Shown: piece by piece, positions 54,201-64,000 of the stretch
Position numbering within the stretch: the stretch's first letter is position 1
Layout of the letters: every line of letters starts with the position of its first letter
DNA from: Paragordius varius
Lineage: Eukaryota > Animalia > Nematomorpha
DNA: 64,000 nucleotides
Reading direction: 5' to 3'
NCBI GenBank assembly: GCA_964247055.1
Contig: OZ176054.1
Location: 4,526,001-4,590,000, forward strand
Position numbers and translations under genes: made by a program
The notes under the pieces: model-generated
What the model was told of the DNA's origin: nothing
The model's input: the letters and a program-made list of their open reading frames with translations, nothing else
The model's database searches: none

Positions 54201-56221
54201 GTGTGATTAGTCCTTAACCCGGCGATTATGTACCGTCCTTTTCATTATTAACTTGAAATTTTATCAAAACAAGAATTAGTCTTTATAAATGTTAATTCCT
54301 ATTTTTAGTTCAATGAATACTGTAAAGAAGATGGTATGGATCTGAGTTCAAGTGGATATGATATGCATGTTGGTTTAAACCAAGTTTTTTTCATCATAAT
54401 TTTTCTCAGTTGTTAGAAACATGGATCAAGTTTGAATGGCCCATAAAATGTTTAGCCTATATTTTTGTCGAAAAGATTATGGAAGTAAAATGCATTATAT
54501 TTATCATCGATTTCAAAAGAAAAAATAAAGTTGTGAAAAAATTTTGCTAAATACAATGTGAAATAACCGTCAAGAAATTTAAATAAGTTATAACTTACAT
54601 TTACAGTATGCATTTTAATATTTGCTTTTTTCACACTATAGTTGGGCAATTCGCAACACAGTAGTGTATGGAAAAAACAACAAAACGATAAAAAAACAAT
54701 TCTTCACTTTCTATTTTCTATACACTATACTGTGTTGCGAATTGCCCGACTAATGTGAAATAAGCAACCATTAAAATGCATATGTGAACATTTGACTTAA
54801 ACAATAAGAAATCCAATGCAAATTTTTTTGGTAATACATTTTATGGTATTTAAAAATTTCTACAATTTCAAATATTATAATAAGTATTTTTATTTAAAAG
54901 ATGGGATTTTGACCATTAGTGACTAACCCATTTCGATTGAAATAGATAAATTATATTAATAAATTATCACTTCTTTGATATCATAATTAATCTCACCAAT
55001 ATTTAATTTTAGATTATTAGTCAGTCAATTATATTTTATGGAGATATCTTGATTAATCGGCTAAATTTGTATTTACCGGAAAAAGAATATTCCAAAAAGG
55101 TATGTTTTGCACCTTTTATTTAAATTTATAGTTGGCTTTATCAGTTAATAACCTGCATTACCTTAATCATTCTCACTATGATAAAATGTTAAACATATCT
55201 GATATTTGTTCATCTCTGCGAGAGGTTTAATTATATATATATACATATATCAGTATTATCCAGAAAGCATTTGTAAAAAGGCTGCGGAAGATATAGAAAT
55301 AATTGGCACTTGCATTCATGATTATTTAGAATCCAAACAAGATGTTATCCTAAGTTTATTTGCCCAAAAGGTATGTCCATTAACTAACATAATTGTTGTG
55401 TAAAATAGGTCCATGAATTAAACAAACAAAATATTGAGGAATTAAGAGAGAACATGTCATTGGATACACAAATAGAAAAGGTAAGTTGTGTAAATTATAA
55501 TATATAGATAATTGAACCCTACTTGTTAGAAATAAATGGTGTCCTCTTAGAGGCCAATAACATCATGAATCATAAATCCTTTCTTATTCTGTTGGAAAAA
55601 CTGTATACAACCATGGTTGAGGATTTATCAACCATATACCATGATTCTCAAAAAGTATTTAAAATTGAATACAGGTAAAACGTAAAAACTAAGTGACAAA
55701 CATTTTTTTATTAAAACAACCATACTGTTTTAAAAATGTAACCTGCAAAAATTTAAAATATATAATTAAGAGTGTTACCAATTTACATCCCTATTCCTTA
55801 TTATGCAACACGAAACGATGAGTTATATATTTGGCTTTAAGTAAATATGGTTGTCTTTTTTAAAAATTAATTGTCTTTATTTACGTCTTGTCTGTATAAT
55901 TTTTATTTTTACTGTATGATTTGTATTATTATTATTTTTATTATCATATAGAAAACTCCAGATTGGTACAAAAAAATGCAAAAAGGTTTACATATATTGC
56001 GAGATTTCTTCTATGCCAATGGGCAGGGGTTAACGATGAAGGAGCTGGAAAATTCTAAATTTAAGGTTTTTCTTTTTTAATGAATAGACTTTCGCAACAA
56101 TTTTAATATGGCAACAAATGGAAACTAAAGATTTGATTGATCTGATAATGATTAATCACATAAATAAGCAGGTATTCATTGTTTTACATAATCAAAAAAT
56201 AAGTTTACCGTGCTCGGATGA

Positions 56222-56264
<43 letters not shown>

Positions 56265-57168
56265 TTTTTTGCTTTAAGTGACTCTTCCTTGATAATCTTA
56301 AAATTTTTCTATGATCCTTAGCAACGCTATGCAGTCGAGTGTCAAAATAAGTCGAATCATTTCCTATGTTTTAAAAAAATAATATGTTTTGATAATAAAA
56401 TTCCTATTTTTTAAAAAATATATACTCTTTATATGTTTATGATTATTAACGCTTAACAAATGTGATAATTTTAAATTTTTTAATTTTAGAATGTGGATGA
56501 ACAAAATATTATGGGAGTTTTAACGGTAAAATTATTTTATTCAAAAGGAGAAGAAAAACTTTGTGTGAAAGGTATTGTTTTTTATTAATTCTAGTTATTT
56601 CTGCCCAAAACTTGATACCCATGGATTCTAACGGTAACCTATAATAACCATTTTATTCCAATTATTTAATTACTAAATAATGTTGTCGAAATTTATAAAA
56701 AATTTAAAAAACATTATTTAGTATTTTGTCTTTTGCGAGAGGGTGTTTCTTAAAGAAGGTCTATAGTTAGATTTTAAGTCCATAAAAATTAGAAGTTAAA
56801 CGGGATATAAGCGAAATATTTGGTAGGAATGTTGAATAGCTGACTATCGAAATTTAACGGATACCTCTTAGGGTCATACGGTCATTTTATTCCTTTTAAT
56901 AGATGAAAAATATAAAAGCGCTAAAAATGGTAAAAACATATCAAAACTTTAAAATCAAATTTATGCTTATATATTAAAAATTTGCTCATATTTATGTGAC
57001 CATTTTAATTTGGTATAATAATCTTATTATTGATTTAACCATGCTCGGTTAATTATTAATACAAAAACCTGTGTTTAGTGATATTTAGAAAAAACTGCAT
57101 AAAAGCATAAAATTACTACTCAAAACATGCATATTTTTATAAAATAATTCGTTTTTCCAATATATAAT

Positions 57169-57203
<35 letters not shown>

Positions 57204-57753
57204 AAAAGTGAGATTATTACATAACTCCATATTGTTTTCGAAATCAATTAGGATTGAGTGATCCTTTTGTGATAATACAATTACTTCCAAAATACGTGTT
57301 CCCCAACATCCCAGTGAAAAAAACCAAAACTGTCAAAAAAAGTCTAAATCCCTTTTTCAATGAAGACTTTGCTTAGTAAACTTGATAATATAATATGTGT
57401 TAATTATATTTTTATATAGTAATGTTAGCATTAAACAATGTACACATTTTTCATCACTCATCCAATTTACTTTGATGGATCAAGATTTTTTGTTTGATAT
57501 GGATTATATTGGTGATTGTTATGTGGGTATTTCCGATATTCCAAGCTTACAGTCAAATAATAATGATCTAGACGTAAATTTTGATCATACAATACCGGTA
57601 CATCTACAAGTGTTCAAAACTTCCAATGATGGTTAATTTTTTTCCAATCTAATATTTTGCATAGATGAACAAATTGAAAATATAATTCGAGAACGTCGAA
57701 ACAAAGATCCAATGGCTGATGAATATTGCAAACAACAAAACCAAAAAATATAA
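39737..57753 (+). CDS. BAIAP3: BAI1-associated protein 3 / Munc13-4 family (C2A-MUN-C2B), about 30 exons
   Basis: C2A exons: 41650-41872 (LYIEALYTI...[16 protein letters not shown]), 42213-42329 ([10 protein letters not shown]), 43915-44017 ([17 protein letters not shown]), 44511-44632 (FHLDIWDHD), 48483-48570 ([10 protein letters not shown]...DDFLG), 48596-48811. MUN-region exons lie at ~48840-56170. C2B exons lie at ~56490-57753 ([37 protein letters not shown]), stop TAA at 57751-57753. The first three exons are supported only by splice sites and frame. Confidence 0.92.
44770..45868 (-). mobile_element. Decayed mariner transposon, Mos1/mauritiana-like, near full length with both TIRs
   Basis: TIRs CCAGATGTATTTATAAG (44770) and CTTATGAAAACACCTGG|TA (45868). 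Minus-strand peptide remnants: NFVPR...[37 protein letters not shown] and [18 protein letters not shown], closely tracking the Mos1 transposase as I recall it. Confidence 0.88.
45984..48293 (-). mobile_element. hAT transposon (Buster/Charlie/SPIN group), 2310 bp, decayed transposase
   Basis: TIRs CAGTGGTACTCA and TGAGTATCACTG. Perfect 8-bp TSD ACCTAGAT (45976-45983 and 48294-48301) with central TA. Subterminal CGGCCCGCGGGCCGC. Minus-strand remnants: [14 protein letters not shown]...FSIAID and [11 protein letters not shown]...VVDMVNHIR. Confidence 0.93.
49313..50443. mobile_element. 1131-bp foldback element (near-complete palindrome) with CACTGTG termini, in a BAIAP3 intron
   Basis: The left arm from CACTGTG (49313) pairs with the right arm ending CACAGTG (50443) along its whole length to a centre at ~49855. 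Matching blocks include AGATAGCTTATAACCAGG, TTATTTGTTGACGACCTA and AGTGGAATATCAA. TTT flanks both sides, a weak 3-bp TSD candidate. Confidence 0.8.
51191..51233. repeat. (TA)n microsatellite, one of the longest of more than a dozen in the window
   Basis: Read directly. Others at ~13665, 15816, 17690, 23954, 30807, 35200, 40667, 43310, 44350, 46090, 56223 and 57172. Confidence 0.95.
53417..53988 (+). mobile_element. Non-autonomous Helitron (572 bp) in a BAIAP3 intron
   Basis: Starts A|TCTATATATTTATAAAAATGG. Ends with hairpin GCTGTGTAGCAGC shortly before CTAG|T. Same family as 28237-28827. Confidence 0.85.
54604..54785. mobile_element. Tc1/mariner-type hairpin MITE (~180 bp), copy 2
   Basis: Left end TA|CAGTATGCATT. 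Inverted arms include GGGCAATTCGCAACACAGTA / TACTGTGTTGCGAATTGCCC. Homologous to 37490-37660. Confidence 0.75.
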
Positions 57754-58876
57754 TTTGGCGAAAATTATTTTGTTATTCATTAAATAGAACTAAAAAATAA
57801 AATGAAAATTATTTAATGCGAAATAAATCAATGGCCTCTTTAGTACACTTATGAATGATAATGAAATCGGATGAAAATGATAAACATTTAATTATTAAAT
57901 TATATATATGTTTATGACATTTTTGATAAAAAAAATTTTAAACTCTATTCCCGAAAAAAGTAAAACCCTCTTTGAGACGTCTCATAATCCTCAATTATCA
58001 AAACTAATTCGAAACCGCTGTACAAAAATAGAAATTTAGTTATTGATTGGGACACCTTTAAACAATCATCATTTTAGTGGGAAATCATCATCGAGCAAAT
58101 CCAACTTTGGCACTCAATGAATGTGCCCTGAAAATCTAAGAAAGTACCCAAACATCGATTAGTGAGGTCATTTCAAGAACATTGTCTGGAAATTCGTTGT
58201 GGTTAAAGCGAGCTATATTGTTGCAAAGCTAAGATAATTTATTTAAAGACAAAACGTTTTGATATCAAATATCTTTTAAGTTGATGATATACCATTTGCA
58301 CTTCAAGTCTTCATGTTAGTTTTTATTCGTGTCCTACGCTCAAAGTTCAGTACTTATAATATAATCTAATATTTAATACATTGTACCGACATCATGTTCG
58401 TTTATGTTTTAAGGCAGAGTGGGTTGCACTGGAGATATTGCATTTTTATATATAAAATTGTGATCTTTTACTTTATATTAGCTCAGGTTCCTTTTATATA
58501 TCCATTTTGGTTTTATATTCTGCTAGTATAGAAGATCCACCAAATTAGGGTATTATGATTTGGTGAGAATGATTTTTCGTTAATTTCAACATTATCTTAT
58601 CTCAGCGCTCACAGTTAAAGTTTTATTTAACCAATCTAACTACGTTTTGGATTTTGGATTTAATAATAATATTTTTTATAAATTATTTATTTGTTAAATT
58701 AATTTATTAATATTATTGAATATTTTTTATACGATGAATACTGTTCATGGTAAAGAGATAACGAATTTCATATAACAAATATTGACAATTATTTTTAAAA
58801 TTAATATAAAAAAGTAGATACTTATTAAAGTTTGATAAAATTAAATAAATATAATTATACTGATAAAATCCAAATC

Positions 58877-61119
58877 TTATTTATGATATTGATGAGGGAC
58901 AAATGGTAATTGAGTTATAATATATGGAATGTAGCGATTAAAATGTAGAGATTTGATATAAACTGTGCTTTGAATTTGAGAGTGAATCTTTTGAATATAT
59001 CCCATAGCTATCGTATTATTGAGATAAGGTGAGAAAGTACCACTAGTCACGTATCCTAAATATCGTATTAAATACTAAATAAACCAACAATTAATTGTTA
59101 TATTTTTAAAATATGCAAATAACTTTTTCACAACTTATAAGAAAATTACTTTAACTAAAAAGTTTTAAATAAATGAAGCTATAAAAATAGGTTTACGTAT
59201 GAATTTCATGAAACAAACTATCGAACAATAAAATAAAACAACAATCATTCAAAAGACACAAATAGTTCTAAAAATTTAAAAATAGTACATATAAAATATA
59301 ATTCAAGGCGAATGGAACCGGTATGTACACTGTAACTATATATAATGCATTTTAAAATAAAAAGTTACGAATGGTATACTTTTGCAAATGACCTAGACAC
59401 ATTTATCATTGTTACAAAAAAATATAATAAACATTAATCAGGCCTTCAAACATTTCAAAAAATGTAATAACCATAAAATATTATTTTGATAAACAATATA
59501 CAACCAAAGTCTTTAAATTTAATTTTAAAAAAAAGTTATTGCATAAAATATTATATTAAAAAAACTTGTCTAAATTATAATATACCAATCGGTTCTGGGG
59601 TTATTGGGGTTGAATGTGCCGCATCCGGAATGGAGTTATAAATTGGATCGCCTTTTCTAGGGAGCCATGTTTTATTTTTACCCAAATTGTTTTTGTCAAC
59701 CACAAACCCCATACGTACATATTGTTTTGCATCCTCTTTCGCTGTAATAAGTTCCCTTTTTATAATAGCGGCTCCGGGGAAATCTAAATTTTGTAAACGC
59801 CTTTTCCCAATCGTCCATGCCAAACCAGCTTGTACTGGTGTAATACTTTCATCGATTTCATTTCCTTCATAAATAAGGAAATGGATACATATAAAAAGCG
59901 ATTATTTTAGCTAAACAATGATGATAAATGAAAATATTGTCAAAAAATTAGGCAAATACTAAAATTTGTCCAAAAAAGTACGGTTGACCAGTAATACATT
60001 CACCATGACTGACCGCTTAACGAAATATCCAATTTAAATATATGTATTTATAAAGTAACATTAGATAAATATAAAACAATGGTAAATTAACCATAGAGAA
60101 AATAATTATAATCATTTATCAAATATCTGTTGTTTTTAATCATTACCCAACATAACTGATTGGTTAATTTTTTATAATTGACCGTGGACAGGATATAACT
60201 GCATTCAAAAGCGATCAATTGTGACATTTATACAATATAGATTACAATAAAAAACCATATAAACAAAGTCCAGCTTCAATCCTCACGATATCGCGCGTTT
60301 GAAAACCAGCCAATTTAACTGGATGCATATTATCGATTTCTAAAACATATTCTATACATTATTATACTTAAATTTAGTAATTGGTTCACTATATCAACGG
60401 CCAACCCTTTTGGTATAGCTATTTCAAATCCATCAACACCAGTATATCCACATCGAGTTAGATAAAAAAGGCCCTTACAATCAAAAAGTCTTTGTGCATT
60501 AACGAATGTCATAAATTGTATATCTGTTTTTACATCGCTAATCAGTGGTAAAACTTTACTTGCATCTTAAAATAAATTTTTTATGTAAATACAAGGTCCT
60601 TGTAACGATATAAGGGAATAATCCAAATCAGCCATTCGAACTGACGGGGAATTGTTTTTCGGTAATAAATTTTTAACTTTTTGATAATTAACTCCATTAC
60701 AAGTTAATATGTAGGAATCATCTAACCTTGAAATAAGTAAATCTTCTTGTATTCCACCATTATTATTAGTAATAAGACTAAGTTTAGCTATTTAATAAAA
60801 AAGATTAAACTATGTTTCGGTTTCATTTTCAACAGGTCTGAAACTAAAATAGCCTCCAATATATTTTCTGATTCCGGACCATTGATCTGAATTTGACTCA
60901 TGTGGGAAACGTCCCAAAGAGCACAATACTTTCGAAAATGCCAATATTCATCGTAATCATACTACATATGTACTTTAAATCTACTTTAAAGGGCAACTTC
61001 CATCCATTAAAATCAAAAAATCGTGCTTCATGCTTTTGATGAACTTCAAATAATGGGGTTAATTTAGTAGCATGGGATGAAAATTTAAAAATTTGATTGG
61101 TAAACCTTGAAGTTAACAT
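58877..61119 (-). CDS. AMT: Aminomethyltransferase (glycine cleavage system T protein), mitochondrial, 7 exons
   Basis: Exons on the minus strand: 61119-60985, 60961-60811, 60787-60593, 60565-60368, 60339-60256, 59864-59586, 59055-58877. Introns are 23, 23, 27, 28, 391 and 530 nt. Motifs: TPLFEVH, GWKLP, LWDVSHM, LISLQGP, TRCGYTGVDGFEI, RIEAGLCLYGNEI, WTIGKRR, VTSGTFSP, AMGYI, LPFVP. The N-terminus lacks acidic residues, as expected of a mitochondrial presequence. Confidence 0.95.
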
Positions 61120-62400
61120 ATGGTGTTAAAAATCAAAATATAAACAGTCCACACAAAAAAATTACTATTGTGCACTTATATAATTATATCAGTATTTTTA
61201 AGGTGTCTTTGTATTGATGCTAAGAAGTTATTTTAAGTTGGTTACTTTTACTTTTGTGATCGCTGAATATCTGAAAGCTAGGTGCCTGATATACATAAAT
61301 ATATTAAGAATATTTGTAAGACAATGCATTTTATTATTTGTTATAAATTGGACACTTGAAAAACACAATAATATTAAAAAAAATTCTGATGACATGAAAG
61401 ATTCAGCATTATTGAATAATGGCTGTTGAATCATTTTAATCCGTTTGCAACATGCTTTAAAATACAATGAAGCCTACAACAAAGTTTATCAAAATTTAAC
61501 AAAATATGTTATTTGAAATTGCTTTTTTGGTGTCATAACTTGCTGCAAACTCGGCATTTTGTTTATATCAACATAAGGCTATTAAAAAGGGTTTTAAAAA
61601 TTCGATAAGTCAGGAGTCCACTTAAAATTTAAGTGTGCCCTTGCATTTGGAATTGTTTTAATTTTATGTTACATTTCAATGATGCTTTGGAAGCATATTC
61701 ATCAAAAAAATATTTCGCATATTGTGTGGTAATTTTGCGTGTCTTTGATATGGAGCGTTAAAAAAAGTGGAAACTATTTGTAAGCCCAGCGAAAGAGCCA
61801 GATAATGTAGATGCGTTATTTTAATAATTAATCGGAATAAATTCATTTTTATTGTAAATATTAAAATTTAGTATCAGCGTATATATACAATTAGGACCTC
61901 TAAATTTATACTAGACAAGCAAAAGCCTAAAAAATAATTGCCTAAGGTTTGTAGTCAAAAGATTGTAAAATGCATTCTATAATACTATTATTATAATTGG
62001 CAGTATTCATAGCGATTTACCCAATAAAATTATATTTAAAATAAAGTCTCTATTCTTATTTTAAAATTATTTAGAATAATGTTTAAACGCTATAATGTGT
62101 GTATTAAATTTGGCCCAATATAATAAATATTTATTATGCAGAAAATTTTAAATGCTATGGGGAAAAAACTATATTATAAAACCCTTTTTAGTGTTCTCTT
62201 AATAAAAAATTTTTATTAGACCCCTGATAATAGATAATATTAAAATTTCAAGGATTCTGGCGCTCTGCATAAAATAAGAAATTAATTTATTTTTTTTGGT
62301 CATATGTGATGTTTCCTTAGTTAGATTTAAATTTCAGCGGCAAGGCACGCAAGTTTCCCAATTTTCGTATGGCCAAGGGATGTATTAATATTAATTATAG

Positions 62401-63964
62401 ATTAAAAAATTAAATGAAAATGTTATAAATTTGATTTCATCTGGGCAAACTATTTTTTCTTTGGAAAATGTTTTAAAAGAGTTATTAGAAAACGCTTATG
62501 ACGCACAATCATCATCAATTAGTAATTATATTAATTATATCAGTAATAAAACTTAAAGATTTTGGGATGACATCCATTGAAATTAGTGATAATGGTATTG
62601 GAATTGATTATAGTGAAATTCCTTTAATAAGTTTTCATAATCTAATTTTTAGTTCAAAGGCATAACACTTCCAAAATTGATTATTTTAGTGATTTGGAAA
62701 ACATTAAATCATTTGGCTTTCGTGGAGAAGCTCTCAATTCCTTATGCGAAATATCTGAATCCTTAGTAGTTATATCTAATAGCAGAGAAAACAATTATGA
62801 AAATAGTGTAAAAATTTGTTTTGAAAACGGTAAAATCGCATCCCAAAACATCTTTCCACGTGAAGTATATATTTACGTTTAAATTAGAGAGAGGTACCAC
62901 AATAATTTTAAATAAAATATTTACAAATACGCCTGTGAGACGCAAAGAGCTTTCAAAAAATATTCGGAAAGAATTCAACAAAGTTCTTGCAATGTTGCAA
63001 CGCTATGCTCTTATACCTAACGGTGTAAAATTACGTTGTATCAATTCGAACCTGGGGAATAGAATGCAAAATTTGTAATTTTTTGACTTTTTTTATTTTA
63101 AATAATTTAAACTGCTATTCATATCTTTGTTTTAGTCTTAAAATAGTTTTAAAACAAAATATTCCAAATTTTGTATTTAAAACATAAATAGCTGCCAAAA
63201 AAGTATACAAAATTTTCGAAATCATTATACAAATATATTGTCAAAAATATCGAAATATATTATCGATAAACTATTTATATTATATTGCAGATATATAAAT
63301 TTTGTGAGGAATCATACAGAAATTTATTCAATGTTATTACCAATTATGGCATTCCCATAAATAAATTAATAATAATTGGGTTTTTCAAATAAAATATGGC
63401 AATAAATAGTAATATTATAATTACTCTTGAACCACACCCATTATAACTTAAGATATTATAAAATTAATATTTTATCACTTTCTAACCCAATAAATTTACC
63501 CCCGAAAGAATTCAAAACGAAAATTATTAATTTTAACCCATTATGCTTAGCCGCCCCCAAGGATTAAATTAATTAATCTTTAAGCACACTATTTGGTATT
63601 TTAATAGGCTTTTAGAAAACGAAATTCTGAATTTTTTTATTTGCATAACATTTATGTGGAAGGAGTTACGCATAGGATATTTCTGCATTTTTTACAATTA
63701 AATATATGTTTTTGTGCATAAAATATCACAATATGATTCCATATTTTTAGCAATGATTGGCCTACAAATATATATAACAACGGTTCTATATGTTCAGATT
63801 TATATTTTTATGGGATCTTTCATATTTTGAATTAGAAGAGAAAGCGTCGCTTTCTCAACTGAAGGATCCAAATCTTTGCTCAAAAATATTGAAATGTTGT
63901 TTGGGCCAACCTGTGCCAAAAATCTTTTGGAAATAAATGAAACGTGCGCCGGAATTAATATAAG
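62401..63964 (+). CDS. PMS2: Mismatch repair endonuclease PMS2 (MutL family), N-terminal GHKL ATPase part; continues beyond the window
   Basis: Exons: 62401-62521, 62544-62630, 62653-~62859, ~62888-63074, 63836-63964. Motifs: SSGQTI, KELLENAYDA, EISDNGIGI, TSKI, FGFRGEALNSLC, RGTT, PVRRKE...NIRKEF. The last of these favours PMS2 over MLH1. The start-codon exon could not be placed. Confidence 0.9.
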
Positions 63965-64000
63965 GTATATTGAACTTATTATCAAAATTATTGGAATTGT

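Noticed and set aside
58050-58450. Possible decayed RTE-like fragment on the minus strand (LRFSGHIH)
   Set aside because: A single weak motif, too degenerate to call.
61214-61830. ORFs 61214-61429 and 61228-61467 and nearby coding-like DNA between AMT and PMS2
   Set aside because: No spliced model with a recognisable product could be built.
5186-62887. In-frame TAA/TAG within genes explained by a reassigned genetic code or by sequencing errors
   Set aside because: Most interruptions shift the frame, all are bounded by GT and AG, removing them restores the homologous register exactly, and the complete genes end in TAA. Splicing explains all of this; stop-codon reassignment does not.
1-64000. 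CRISPR arrays, rRNA, tRNA, snRNA or prokaryotic operons
   Set aside because: No regularly spaced direct repeats or structural RNA signatures were recognised by eye, and the genes are spliced and animal-like. A covariance-model search would be needed to exclude small RNAs.

Overview
This is very AT-rich eukaryotic DNA, almost certainly from an animal. It holds seven spliced host genes and a dense set of transposon remnants. Genes in order: SHOC2 (+, 5000-11941), an alpha-1,3-fucosyltransferase (-, ~13917-15057), a GALNT1-like gene (+, 23478-34393), TMCO1 (-, 35629-37200, absent from the ORF track), BAIAP3 (+, ~39737-57753), AMT (-, 58877-61119) and the 5' part of PMS2 (+, from ~62401). The window opens inside the pol gene and 3' LTR of a Ty3/Gypsy retrotransposon. 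Other elements include a Buster-type hAT relic with three MITEs, two Mos1-like mariner relics, two non-autonomous Helitrons, RTE-like LINE fragments, TTAA-flanked MITEs and long foldback palindromes. The most striking signal is intron architecture. About 30 GT-AG introns are only 21-34 nt long, and removing them restores uninterrupted matches to conserved animal proteins. They sit in the same genes as 0.3-4 kb introns, several of which carry transposons. Many of the shortest introns have a TAAT motif just upstream of the acceptor, and 6 of 7 whose length is a multiple of three contain an in-frame stop. Dicyemids are known for introns this short, and other reduced parasites such as myxozoans are possible, but the species cannot be identified from this window. 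All exon models and protein comparisons were made by eye from memory of reference proteins, without database searches. No rRNA, tRNA or CRISPR array was recognised.
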